DNA of 64,000 nucleotides, taken from IMG/VR virus record IMGVR_UViG_3300043447_000086. One strand, 5' to 3'. Of this stretch, positions 52,516-62,103 are shown piece after piece. The stretch comes from a virus. Its lineage: Duplodnaviria; Heunggongvirae; Uroviricota; Caudoviricetes. The translations under genes were made by a program, and so were the position numbers. Every line of letters starts with the position of its first letter. Positions within the stretch are counted from its first letter, which is position 1. The notes beneath the pieces were generated by a model. That model had not been told where the DNA came from. It worked only from the letters and a program-made list of their open reading frames with translations, and ran no database searches.

Positions 52516-53615
52516 CAAAATGCTCCAAGCAAAATACACTCTTCATTAACTCGCCCATTTGGAGCAGAAGGTTTGGTTGTCAATTTCTTAAACGCACCAT
52601 TCAGAGCACGTTTACCCATAGCAAGTCCCTTGAAGAATTCTTCTGGCTTACGAAGCGTCATTGTCTTGGACTCTTTGATATCAAAGCCAAGGATTGTTGT
52701 ACCTTTAACAGATAGAGTTCCACCATCAGTTTTGTACAAAGTTACTTTACGGTACTTAGTATTATACACCCACAGTTCAGTGGCAGTCAAAATGTCTTCT
52801 GGCTTGCATGACTTGAGTTTGAGTTCTGCAAACTCTTTCATATACTTCATCTTAGCCACTACCTTGGTAGGAGATGTTGCTTTGCGTTTGCGGGGAGCAC
52901 GACTAGCTTTGGCATTTTGCACTTGTTGCTGGCAGTCAGAGACGATCTCTTCCAAGAATGCCAAGAACTTCTTCAATTCACGCTTGTTGAAGTGTGAGTA
53001 ACCTTCCACGAGTTGGTCATCGTCGCCTTCGATCGCTTCCTTGATTTCTGGAATGCGTTTTGCGAAAATGTCACCAATACGTTTTGCGATGGGTGCTGCA
53101 ACTTGATTAGCCGCAAGATAGTTCTTTGCAGAGAACGATGTTTTGTTGGTGACAAAGTCATCAATTGCACCTTCGATCTCTCCAGCCAAGTCATGAGCCT
53201 TTTCGTCCATGCGGTCTTGGATGGACACAGTTGCCACTGGAACAACAACTGTCTTATCTTCTTTAATCTTTTGGGGTAATGCTTCTTTGCGGATGATATG
53301 ATTGACCAAGTTATCAATGGTCTTCATGTGTTCATCACTGAGCACGTTTTCATTTGATACAAGACGACACAGGACGCCAAGTTGGCGAACATCATAGTCG
53401 TTTGCTTTATTGATGGCAATGACTTCTTTTTTCTTGCCAAGTTTTGCGAAGTATTCGATCGCAAATTTACGAATCTTCTTTTCGTCTACATTATCACGAT
53501 ACCAAACCAGTGCGCTGGTCAGAGAAACATTATAGTTCTCTTGATTCAACATCGGTTCATCGACAGTTTTACGTAGAGTTGCGTGCGCTTTTGCACGTTT
53601 CGTTGCTGTAGCCAT
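52515..53615 (-). CDS. Conserved T4-like hypothetical protein
   Basis: LWVYNTKYRK, VKGTTI, TLRKPE, NGRVNE C-terminus. Confidence 0.75.
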   Translation of the reverse strand: MATATKRAKAHATLRKTVDEPMLNQENYNVSLTSALVWYRDNVDEKKIRKFAIEYFAKLGKKKEVIAINKANDYDVRQLGVLCRLVSNENVLSDEHMKTIDNLVNHIIRKEALPQKIKEDKTVVVPVATVSIQDRMDEKAHDLAGEIEGAIDDFVTNKTSFSAKNYLAANQVAAPIAKRIGDIFAKRIPEIKEAIEGDDDQLVEGYSHFNKRELKKFLAFLEEIVSDCQQQVQNAKASRAPRKRKATSPTKVVAKMKYMKEFAELKLKSCKPEDILTATELWVYNTKYRKVTLYKTDGGTLSVKGTTILGFDIKESKTMTLRKPEEFFKGLAMGKRALNGAFKKLTTKPSAPNGRVNEECILLGAF

Positions 53616-53643
53616 AGGTTCTTAGCCTCCTTAATATGTATCT

Positions 53644-53704
53644 ATTATACCCTAAGTTGGCAAAAAGTCAAGCCCCCTAACGTAATACCTTACAGGTTGT
53701 AGGG
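53644..53704 (-). promoter_or_regulatory. Sigma70 promoter with upstream palindrome
   Basis: TTGACT-16-TATAAT; CCTTAC-N5-GTAGGG at 53688-53704. Confidence 0.8.
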
Positions 53705-53749
53705 TTATTTTTTCCTACAACCTGTAATTATGCTAGGGACAGTCTAGAT

Positions 53750-53932
53750 TCATTTCTTAAATGAAAGACCAGTTGTACCACCAACAACACCACCAAGAAT
53801 CAGCGATGCAAGCCATGTATCAAGGGTGAAGGGGATAGTAAGACCGAACAGCGTGTTAATAGACCAAATGGTAGCAAATGGCATAAGAACAACGATTGCG
53901 ATAACGATCACGGCGATAATAAGGTATTTCAT
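53750..53932 (-). CDS. Small membrane protein
   Basis: Two hydrophobic segments. Confidence 0.6.
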   Translation of the reverse strand: MKYLIIAVIVIAIVVLMPFATIWSINTLFGLTIPFTLDTWLASLILGGVVGGTTGLSFKK

Positions 53933-54225
53933 AGGTCAAAACTCACTTTAGTTACAGAATCCCAGCGGAATGATCTCCACTCTTGCTTTTCAACATCAAA
54001 GACCCGTACTGCGGATCCAGTATTCGGGCTACCTTCGCTTTGGGTCTTAGGTTGTTTTTCTTGAGGGATGGCTTCTTCGACGAGGGTGCATTGCATTTCT
54101 CGCTCAGTACCATCTCTCTTGGTAAAAGTAATGCGCAAATCTTTTGCGTTTCGATCATGAAGTAGTCCTAGTGTCCAAGTTTTAAATTCTTCGAATTCTT
54201 TATCAGTTTTGAATACTGTTTGCAT
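53929..54225 (-). CDS. SH3/WYL-like fold phage protein
   Basis: ITFTKRDGTEREMQCTL...VFDVEKQEWRSFRWD. Confidence 0.75.
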   Translation of the reverse strand: MQTVFKTDKEFEEFKTWTLGLLHDRNAKDLRITFTKRDGTEREMQCTLVEEAIPQEKQPKTQSEGSPNTGSAVRVFDVEKQEWRSFRWDSVTKVSFDL

Positions 54226-54400
54226 TTTTCACTCTTTCATAATGTTCGACTAACGGTTGCCAGAAGGTGAGAAATTCTTCTGGTGTTGCATAAAACTCTT
54301 TGGTTGTTTTATAACTCACCATATCGGATTCAATCATAGTTCGGATATATCCTGCAGGTACAGGGATTTCTTCAACAACCAGCTTATGCGGATACTTCAT
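54203..54400 (-). CDS. Hypothetical protein
   Basis: SD AAGGA; start re-called. Confidence 0.55.
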   Translation of the reverse strand: MKYPHKLVVEEIPVPAGYIRTMIESDMVSYKTTKEFYATPEEFLTFWQPLVEHYERVKNANSIQN

Positions 54401-54536
54401 TTGCATTTCCTTTATGCTTAAGTTTACGTGTGTAATGAACCTTGGACTCCACCACACGCATGCGGTACTTGGGAGTCCTTAAATCCTTTGCAACAAGGTT
54501 TTTAGGTTTCATAGGTTTATTATACACGATATCCTC

Positions 54537-54758
54537 TTACAACGCAAATTTCTTTAGTGCCTCTTTAGCTTCGGAACACTGCCCAAGCATATTGTCCATT
54601 TCTGCAAGAATAACCATCTGAGAAAGGCTCTCAGCCATCTTACGATCTCGGGGATTAAGCGAATCCAAGTACGCAGTGTAGTCTTCGAACGTGTCAAGAG
54701 ACCACATAGTGTCAAGCATTTCAACCTGCTCAGGGGTTAGATTTTCGATCTGGATCAT
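54537..54758 (-). CDS. Hypothetical protein
   Basis: IQIENLTPEQVEMLDTMWS motif. Confidence 0.65.
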   Translation of the reverse strand: MIQIENLTPEQVEMLDTMWSLDTFEDYTAYLDSLNPRDRKMAESLSQMVILAEMDNMLGQCSEAKEALKKFAL

Positions 54759-55027
54759 TATTTAGCTCCAATAGACGACCATTTGGAAAGTTTCTCACGC
54801 TTTTTCAAGCCAGCTTTACCAACTGCTTCAGCATCAAGAATCTTATGCTCAATCATCAACTCAACCATACAAAGTAGATCACCAACTTCTTCAGTTAGGC
54901 GATCACGATTAGTTGCATTGTTGTGAGTGGCATCCATACCGAAACGGAAAACCTTACTAATTGCTTGAGTAACTTCTGCACATTCTTCTTGGCAGATAAG
55001 CATAATCTCATTTTCAACCGAATTCAT
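54758..55027 (-). CDS. MazG-like pyrophosphatase
   Basis: QEECAEVTQAISK, EEVGDL. Confidence 0.8.
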   Translation of the reverse strand: MNSVENEIMLICQEECAEVTQAISKVFRFGMDATHNNATNRDRLTEEVGDLLCMVELMIEHKILDAEAVGKAGLKKREKLSKWSSIGAK

Positions 55028-55178
55028 TGTACAACTCCATATCACGTTCGTATTGTTCACATTCCAAGCAGTAGTACATCAGATCCATAAAATCTTCGTA
55101 CTCTGCATCCGTCTGTTCTTGACGGATTTCTTCTGCAATTTCTAGCAGTTCAGCATTGATCTCATCGATAGTTTTCAT
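55014..55178 (-). CDS. Small acidic protein
   Basis: Behind promoter. Confidence 0.5.
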   Translation of the reverse strand: MKTIDEINAELLEIAEEIRQEQTDAEYEDFMDLMYYCLECEQYERDMELYNEFG

Positions 55179-55206
55179 AGCATTCCTAATCAACCCTAAC
55201 ACAGTT

Positions 55207-55268
55207 ATTCTACACCAAAGTCAAACGTAAGACAAGCACTAAATGCAAAAACCCCACCTAGTGTGGGG
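55207..55268 (-). promoter_or_regulatory. Sigma70 promoter with upstream palindrome
   Basis: TTGTCT-17-TAGAAT; CCCCAC-N5-GTGGGG at 55252-55268. Confidence 0.75.
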
Positions 55269-55296
55269 TTTTGTTGTAATCCTAAAGGTTTACTTT

Positions 55297-55830
55297 TTAG
55301 AACCAGAGCCAAATACCCTGAGTTAACAAGATGATACCCAATGCACCAACACCCCAAGAGGCATAGTACATACGCATATCAACTGCAATAATAGATGCGG
55401 ATAGTAGAACGATTGCAAGTTGGAACAACATACCAGAGAAAGTCAACCATGGGCTATGTTTCTTAGCCTCATCTCTTGCTTCCTCGTGTGCACGTGCTTT
55501 TGCAAGAAGTTCTTTCTTACCTTCATTTTTAACAGTATCAGACTCATAACGATCAATCTTAGCTTGCAACTCTGCCTTACGTTTTGGGTCTGTAGTTTCT
55601 TCAAGCTGCCCCTCAGCAATAGATTGCTTGATAGACTTAGCTTGGAAGAATGCATATGTGTCTGACGCCTTGATTAAGTTCGTCAGCGCCGCCCCGCTAA
55701 AGCTATTGGAGAAGTAAGTATTGATGGCTAATAACAATGCCATAATAACAATCACTAAACCTGCTCTATCCTTAATAGCTGCCTCACGCTCACTACGTGT
55801 AGGTACTTTCTTTACTTCTTCTGCCATCAT
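55297..55830 (-). CDS. DUF4337-like membrane protein
   Basis: TM segment, AFFQAKSIKQ, coiled coil, two C-terminal TM segments. Confidence 0.75.
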   Translation of the reverse strand: MMAEEVKKVPTRSEREAAIKDRAGLVIVIMALLLAINTYFSNSFSGAALTNLIKASDTYAFFQAKSIKQSIAEGQLEETTDPKRKAELQAKIDRYESDTVKNEGKKELLAKARAHEEARDEAKKHSPWLTFSGMLFQLAIVLLSASIIAVDMRMYYASWGVGALGIILLTQGIWLWF

Positions 55831-55852
55831 TACTCCTTATACTTCTGACAAT

Positions 55853-56437
55853 TTATTTAGCTAATGGGTTATCAAGAGCCTTTTGGATCTTGATGTCAAC
55901 AGATCTTTCGATTTGTTTTAGTTGGTTATCAGTCTCACGAGAAAGTTGTCTCATGCTGTTGTCAACTTCTTTAGTGGCTGCTCTAACATCTGAGCGAACA
56001 GTAGTCATTTCACCACGAACTGCTTGGATAGATTGATCGGTTTCACGTTGAGCTTGTTTAGTGCTACGCTCAACATTTTCAACTACACCCTCAACACGAC
56101 GGATATCTTGTTTCAAGTCGTTCTTAATATCTTGTGTGTATTGAACAGACTTCTCAGCGTTTTGTTGAGTTACTTCTAGTTTCTTATAGATCTCAGTCAA
56201 GTCTGGTGAAACATATTTTGCGATCTTGTCTTTCATACCCTGATAGTCTTTGTAGACTTCGAACGCTCCATACAAACCACCAAGAATAGAAGACACAAGA
56301 GTAAAAGCTACCATCAATTTAGCAGGTGTAAATTCATATCCACCAACGCTAATAACAGTATCTTTGCTTGCATACTTCTTTGCTGCTGCTTCTAAATCGT
56401 CAATCTTGGCATTGACATCTTTGATTTCTTCTCCCAT
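55853..56437 (-). CDS. Membrane-anchored coiled-coil protein
   Basis: One TM segment plus long coiled coil ending KALDNPLAK. Confidence 0.7.
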   Translation of the reverse strand: MGEEIKDVNAKIDDLEAAAKKYASKDTVISVGGYEFTPAKLMVAFTLVSSILGGLYGAFEVYKDYQGMKDKIAKYVSPDLTEIYKKLEVTQQNAEKSVQYTQDIKNDLKQDIRRVEGVVENVERSTKQAQRETDQSIQAVRGEMTTVRSDVRAATKEVDNSMRQLSRETDNQLKQIERSVDIKIQKALDNPLAK

Positions 56438-56438
56438 T

Positions 56439-58193
56439 TTATTTTCCTCTATTGTATTGTGAATCTACCATATCATTATGTAATCTGTCGGTCGGACCAA
56501 ATAACCCACGACCTAATCTTGCATTGTCTACTGTTCTTTGACCGTTGTAGACTGTGAATGGTTTATAACCAGTAACATCGGGTATTGTAGTTTTACCATA
56601 TGTGTCAAATCCTGGAGTGAATCCCATCGCTTGTATAACTACATTTTGCATCTGTTTTTGAGATTCCATATCGGCAACTTTGCCCATATCGTTGGCAAGG
56701 TTCTTACCCTTTTCGATAGCATCTTTTCTTGCTGCTTCTGCTCTACGCTCAGCCAGAGCCTGACGAGCAGTTGGTTGTGCTGGTTTATCACCACCTTGAC
56801 CACCTTGCGCCATTTGTGTTGGACCACCAGCTGGTTTATCACCACCTTGCTTGTCACCACCACCCTCTGGTTTCTTTTCTTGTTGCGCCTGTTGCTGTTG
56901 TGGAGCAGGAGGAGGTGCTACCAGTTGTACTGGAGCAGCTGGAGCAGCAGCAGTGTTGGCAGTTGGTGCAGGAGTAGAGATAACTTTATCTACTGTTGTG
57001 TTGCCAGTCGAAGAAGGAGCAGCGGAAACATTTCCCTCTGTGCTAACAGCAGGTGCAGACGCTGTTTGAGCCACAACCCCAGCTGTTGCTACGATAGAAG
57101 CTGTTCCTTGTTGTTCTAAGACCATTTTCTTAGCGTATGCTTCAGCATAGTTCGGGCATGTTCTGTCATACAACCCATTCAACGAACACTGTTGAGAGAA
57201 ATAGGCTTCTCTGTAGCCTGAGCAAGTTGTAGAGTACAGTGGGTTCAACGAGCATTGTTGGTCATGATATGCTGCTGCGTATCCTGGGCATGATGGATCA
57301 TACAATGCACTGATAGAACATTGCTGAGTAAAGAATGCTGCTGCGTATCCTGGGCATGATGGATCATACAATGCACTAATAGTACATTGTTGTGTAGTGT
57401 AAGCAGCTTGGTATCCTGGGCAAGTTGGAGAAGACAATGGGTTGGTAGTACATAAATCACCACCAGTTCCACCTAATGCTTGCCAACTAAAAATACTTGA
57501 ACTGCCAGCAGTTATGTTTATACCCTGTGCGTGGTAATATTGATAGTACTCGCCCTTAGAAAGATCACCTGCCATTCCAGAGGTTACTCTGTTCCAATTT
57601 ACCATAGCACCAGCAATACGAGTATCAACTAAGCCAGCTGAATTAATCTTAATCTCAAAACTGTTACCGCCTTGACTGCTACAGCATTGACTTAGATTAT
57701 ACCAACCATATGTCATAGTATTACCTTCACGAAGATAATACTGATTTTGACCGTTCCAAGAATACAAATCTGTATGCAACGCATAGATGCTGTAGTTGTA
57801 ACGTGGGTCTGTTGTTGTGCGTAAATCTACGCCCTCACAACAAGCACCGCCAAGACCAGATATACTGGGATCTTTGAATGTTACCAATCCGTTAGTCATA
57901 GCCCATGAGTTGTTGAATGTCTTGCCATAAAATGGAAAGTCAAACCCCAATGGCACATTGTTATATGAATCATCCCATGTGGTGATATTTACAGCGTTTG
58001 CGTTATTGCGAATGTCTTGTAGTGGAACTGCAGCAGAACCAGTACCAACAGTTACTGTTAGTCCAGGCGCTCCAGGAATGGGAATAGATACAAGATTTCC
58101 TGTCCCGCCATTAACTGGTACGACATTTATTTGCGCCTGTGCTACTGAACAACTCAGTACAAGACCAAGTACAAGACTAACCAGTCTAGACAC
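56439..58193 (-). CDS. Secreted protein with NIDO-like domain and Cys-rich 23-aa repeats
   Basis: Signal peptide; VPLGFDFPFYG; repeats QQC..SALYDPSCPGY. Confidence 0.7.
   Translation of the reverse strand: MSRLVSLVLGLVLSCSVAQAQINVVPVNGGTGNLVSIPIPGAPGLTVTVGTGSAAVPLQDIRNNANAVNITTWDDSYNNVPLGFDFPFYGKTFNNSWAMTNGLVTFKDPSISGLGGACCEGVDLRTTTDPRYNYSIYALHTDLYSWNGQNQYYLREGNTMTYGWYNLSQCCSSQGGNSFEIKINSAGLVDTRIAGAMVNWNRVTSGMAGDLSKGEYYQYYHAQGINITAGSSSIFSWQALGGTGGDLCTTNPLSSPTCPGYQAAYTTQQCTISALYDPSCPGYAAAFFTQQCSISALYDPSCPGYAAAYHDQQCSLNPLYSTTCSGYREAYFSQQCSLNGLYDRTCPNYAEAYAKKMVLEQQGTASIVATAGVVAQTASAPAVSTEGNVSAAPSSTGNTTVDKVISTPAPTANTAAAPAAPVQLVAPPPAPQQQQAQQEKKPEGGGDKQGGDKPAGGPTQMAQGGQGGDKPAQPTARQALAERRAEAARKDAIEKGKNLANDMGKVADMESQKQMQNVVIQAMGFTPGFDTYGKTTIPDVTGYKPFTVYNGQRTVDNARLGRGLFGPTDRLHNDMVDSQYNRGK
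57245..57460 (-). repeat. Tandem ~69-bp coding repeats
   Basis: CTGCTGCGTATCCTGGGCATGATGGATCATACAATGCACT occurs twice exactly; flanking degenerate copies. Confidence 0.8.
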
Positions 58194-58195
58194 GG

Positions 58196-58675
58196 TTAGT
58201 CCTTGCTTTTAACTTTTTGTGGAATCTTTTCTGGATTAGCTTCCCAGATTGCTTTAGCTTGCTCGCCGATCTTACCTTCGATCGGACATGGAGTGCCTGC
58301 ATTCATCATTGCGGTGAATACACGTTCATCTTGGCACATAATAGAAACCGCAGCAACTTTCATACCCATGTCGAATATACCACGAGCCAACTTTAGTCGT
58401 TCGCAGTTTTTATCTACTTGAGTACCTCCCATTGAGATACCAAGAATCTGTGTTTGAACAGCAGCAGATGCGCCAACTGCACAAACGTCACTATTGATAA
58501 CTGTAATGGCTGGTGCAACTGCCGTTGGTGGTGGGGATTTTACTGTAGTAGTGCTTGTAGAAGTAGAGTCAGTTGTAGATCTACTAGTCGAGTCAGTAAC
58601 GATAGGGTCTGTTGCCCATACGTTGGATGTAGCCATAACAAAAAGCACCACTGTAATAGCGATCTTCTTGTTCAT
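58196..58675 (-). CDS. Secreted Cys-containing protein
   Basis: Signal peptide; SPPPTAVAP, DVCAVG, NCERLKLAR, AGTPCP. Confidence 0.7.
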   Translation of the reverse strand: MNKKIAITVVLFVMATSNVWATDPIVTDSTSRSTTDSTSTSTTTVKSPPPTAVAPAITVINSDVCAVGASAAVQTQILGISMGGTQVDKNCERLKLARGIFDMGMKVAAVSIMCQDERVFTAMMNAGTPCPIEGKIGEQAKAIWEANPEKIPQKVKSKD

Positions 58676-58747
58676 ATCTTACCTTTAATGTTTATGATTT
58701 ACATTATAACGATACATCTCAATCTTTCTATTTAGGATTTTGCAAGA

Positions 58748-59866
58748 TTATGGTGTAATTCTTCTACCAGCAGAATCATATTCAACTGGTTTATTCGGTT
58801 TACCTTGCAATCCTTCTACTTCTTTTTCGATAGTAGGTTCAGAAAGTGTTTTTTCAACGTTATTTAAAAACGATTTAGTTTTAGATGGTTCAGTTTTAAC
58901 ACGAACTCGTTTGTATAGTTCTGGAGACCATTCTGTAGGATTAGGTTCTTCTTGAATATCAAGAAGTTCTTCTTCAGTTGGTTTTTCGCCAACATCAGCA
59001 ACCCAAGCATCAGGCTTATCAACAATATTAATATCGTCCTCAACCTTTATTTCTTTAGGTTCTAAAAAGTCTAATTCTTCGTCTCGTTTCTTGTTAAAGA
59101 AACTAGTCCAGTCGGGTTTATTATTGTGCTTCAGAGACCAGTTAGCTGCGATAAGCATTAATACAGCTAACGGATCAAACACAATAACAATCATCATTGT
59201 GACGATTCTGACTGCTTTTTCGAGGATTTCTTCGCTGGCGCTTTCTTCGTAGATGAGCGCTGCGATGTACTTGATTGGTCCAACTTCGGCTTCGACTTTG
59301 CGGACTTCGGCTGCGATTGGCGCTCTTTCTTCGTTGAGCTTGGCAACTCGCTGCTGGGCTGTTCCAATTTCATTGAGGATTCTGGCTCTGTCTTTTTGTT
59401 GTCCTCTACGCAGGGCAATGGCTCGCTCTGCACCACCTGCGTCTGTGGTTCTTGAGATGGTTTGATCAACCTGAGCATCCAGTTGAGAAAGTTCTTTACG
59501 ACTTGCATTGATATTTTCCTTTTCTGTTTTGATTTTCTCATCAATCAAAACCAACTTGGCAGCAACATCGCCAGTAGGTATAGCTTGATCGAGGTGAGCC
59601 TTACTTAAGAAGCCAAAGATACCCATCGATGTCAGCATCATCAAAACAACTAAAGAGAATGTGAAATACACTCTCATTAGTTTCGGGATCTCTTTCCAGT
59701 TACGATATAACCAAGAAGCAATAACCAGTTTAGATGTTTCTAGAAGACCACCCATCACTGCAATAGGAACTGCGGCTGCAGCAAAGATCGCCATCAAACC
59801 AACGATGGCGTACCATGCAGCAACTGCTGATAAAGATAATGCTACTACTAAAAGTAAGTAAGTCAT
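58748..59866 (-). CDS. Membrane coiled-coil protein (DUF4407-like)
   Basis: Three N-terminal TM segments, FLSKAH, EVGPIKYIA, VFDPLAV. Confidence 0.7.
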   Translation of the reverse strand: MTYLLLVVALSLSAVAAWYAIVGLMAIFAAAAVPIAVMGGLLETSKLVIASWLYRNWKEIPKLMRVYFTFSLVVLMMLTSMGIFGFLSKAHLDQAIPTGDVAAKLVLIDEKIKTEKENINASRKELSQLDAQVDQTISRTTDAGGAERAIALRRGQQKDRARILNEIGTAQQRVAKLNEERAPIAAEVRKVEAEVGPIKYIAALIYEESASEEILEKAVRIVTMMIVIVFDPLAVLMLIAANWSLKHNNKPDWTSFFNKKRDEELDFLEPKEIKVEDDINIVDKPDAWVADVGEKPTEEELLDIQEEPNPTEWSPELYKRVRVKTEPSKTKSFLNNVEKTLSEPTIEKEVEGLQGKPNKPVEYDSAGRRITP

Positions 59867-60288
59867 AACTTGTTCTTAATATGAGAACCATGCACTCTAA
59901 CGGAAATTTGTCCGTTATAGTAATCGTCTGATTCTAATACTCTCCTTGTGAATTGTTCTCGTGCTTCAATGTAAGAGCACTCTGCTTTAGATTTGCAGAA
60001 AAACAAAATCTCTCGGCTGAAGTTTTCCTTCCCGAGAGATTCTATATCTTTATTTAGTTCAATGCTTGAACCGTAATAGTCCATCCAATCAGAGTCGATT
60101 TTCGACTTGATTTTCTTTCTTTTCTTCACACCATTTTTCTGCGTGACCATCTTGTAAGTGGTCTTAGAAAATTTGGCTAGTTTTTTCCCGATATACATAC
60201 GACAGTTGACCTTGTTTACAATTAAGTAAACAAAGCCAACACAGTCTTCGGGAAGTTGTTCAACGATTTTAGAATTATAAGTCCACAT
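59863..60288 (-). CDS. GIY-YIG (Seg-like) endonuclease
   Basis: GFVY...YIGKK, YYGS, REILF. Confidence 0.75.
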   Translation of the reverse strand: MWTYNSKIVEQLPEDCVGFVYLIVNKVNCRMYIGKKLAKFSKTTYKMVTQKNGVKKRKKIKSKIDSDWMDYYGSSIELNKDIESLGKENFSREILFFCKSKAECSYIEAREQFTRRVLESDDYYNGQISVRVHGSHIKNKL

Positions 60289-60298
60289 AATGGACTAT

Positions 60299-60451
60299 TT
60301 ATTCCTCGTCGTCAAACTCCTCTTCTTCATAGATGTCTCCAGAACATACTGGGCAATATACGATATCCGCTAATTGGTGATCATCGCCTTTAACGACGAT
60401 CTTACCTTCTGCTTCACATTCTTTACATTCGAAGTGTTTTGTTACTGCCAT
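60299..60451 (-). CDS. 50-aa Zn-ribbon protein (not in ORF track)
   Basis: Manual translation MAVTKHFECKECEA...YCPVCS. Confidence 0.65.
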   Translation of the reverse strand: MAVTKHFECKECEAEGKIVVKGDDHQLADIVYCPVCSGDIYEEEEFDDEE

Positions 60452-61443
60452 TACGCTGCTTTCCCCCATACATCATCCCAGCTACCAGACAATGCACCCT
60501 TGGCATAATCGGTCACACGGTTTTCGAAGAAATTGCCGTGCACTGGTGCGTTGATCATTTCCTCAACCCATGGAAGAGGATTCTTTTTGACTTTAAAGAT
60601 GCCTTTCATACCCAATGAAATAAGTCGACGATCAGCAATATAACGAATATATTGTTTAACGTCAGCAGCATGTAGATCACGCATATCACTGTCAGCGAAA
60701 GACAAGTCAATAAACTTGTCTTCTAATTCAACCATCTTCTCAGCGATTGTATATATCTTTCCTTTAAGTTCATCATTCCAAATCTGTGGATTTTCTTTGA
60801 TGTACTCTTTGAATAGTTTGATCATAGACTCAGCATGCATTGTTTCATCAACGATAGACCAAGTAACGATCTGACCCATGCCCTTCATTAAACCATGGCG
60901 TGGGAAGTTCAACAACATAATGAATGAAGAGAATAGTTGCATACCTTCAGTGAAAGCAGAAAATACTGCGATGTGTGTAGCAGTAGATTCAAGTGTTCCA
61001 TTTTTGCTGGACAGTTCAGTTACGTAGTCATGCTTGTCACGCATCTCTTGGTATTCAAGAAACTGGTTGTAAGTTGTGTCAGGCAGACCCAGTGTTTCGA
61101 TCAAGTGAGAATACGCAGCGATATGCAAGGCTTCACGTGCAGCAAAGCCAGACAACATCATACGAATCTCTGGTTGTGGGAAGTAAGGAAGATAGTTCTT
61201 AACATAACCACCAGCAACGTCAATGTCACCTTGTGTAAAGAAACGGAAAATGTTAGTGAGGAATTGTTTTTCTTCAGCAGTTAACTTCTTTTTCCAATCT
61301 TTTACGTCTTCCATCATTGGTACTTCAGTGTGTAACCAATGTGCCTGTTCGTGCTTGAGCCAAGCCTCATACGCCCACGGATAATTGAACGGCTTAAAAT
61401 ATGTGCGTTCATCCGTCATTCTACTAGTTTTATTCTTTACCAT
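60451..61443 (-). CDS. nrdB: Ribonucleotide reductase beta subunit
   Basis: FFTQGD, REALH..AY, EGMQLFSSF, DETMH, NFFE. Confidence 0.95.
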   Translation of the reverse strand: MVKNKTSRMTDERTYFKPFNYPWAYEAWLKHEQAHWLHTEVPMMEDVKDWKKKLTAEEKQFLTNIFRFFTQGDIDVAGGYVKNYLPYFPQPEIRMMLSGFAAREALHIAAYSHLIETLGLPDTTYNQFLEYQEMRDKHDYVTELSSKNGTLESTATHIAVFSAFTEGMQLFSSFIMLLNFPRHGLMKGMGQIVTWSIVDETMHAESMIKLFKEYIKENPQIWNDELKGKIYTIAEKMVELEDKFIDLSFADSDMRDLHAADVKQYIRYIADRRLISLGMKGIFKVKKNPLPWVEEMINAPVHGNFFENRVTDYAKGALSGSWDDVWGKAA

Positions 61444-61452
61444 CTTTATTCC

Positions 61453-62103
61453 TTATTTTGATGCCAATACAATCTGGCAAATATGTTCTAATCTCTCTAT
61501 ATGTTCAAAGGCTCGCCATGGGCTGCTGTCGATAGCAACAACACCATGCCCTTTGATTCCTACGATATCATAAGAAATGTCACCATTATTATTCAGCTTC
61601 AAATTTCTGTGACAATGATCAGCTAACTCTTGACTAATTGGTGGTACATCTGGTACATTACAAGCCACCTTAGTATATCTACTTAATTCTGGAAAGTCCT
61701 TGGCAATATCACCAAGCTCAATACCAGCATGCATGGCAGCAACACAGTAAGTTGGATGAAAGTGCATAACTACACGAACGTCATCACTGTGTTGACCAAG
61801 CTCTCGTTGTAAACCAAAGTGAAGTGGAATCTCTCCACTTGGTTTTAGGTTTGCGCTAATATCAGTATAAGGCATCTCGCTCCAATTGTAGCTAAAGACT
61901 CCTGTACCATTTCCACTATTAATACATCTAGCAATCCCAATCTTTTTAAATTGATCGGGCTGCATCGTTTGCTTACGTACACCACTTGGTGTGATATAAA
62001 AGTGATCACGGTCGTGATGGCGGATACTTACATTACCGTCACGACTAGTGATCCAGTTTCGGCGATAAGCCTCAACCATAGTTTCGCAAATTGTCTCTAG
62101 CAT
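61453..62103 (-). CDS. Class II aldolase/adducin-family protein
   Basis: DGNVS, ITPSG, PSGEIPLH, HFHPT, KGHG. Confidence 0.85.
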   Translation of the reverse strand: MLETICETMVEAYRRNWITSRDGNVSIRHHDRDHFYITPSGVRKQTMQPDQFKKIGIARCINSGNGTGVFSYNWSEMPYTDISANLKPSGEIPLHFGLQRELGQHSDDVRVVMHFHPTYCVAAMHAGIELGDIAKDFPELSRYTKVACNVPDVPPISQELADHCHRNLKLNNNGDISYDIVGIKGHGVVAIDSSPWRAFEHIERLEHICQIVLASK

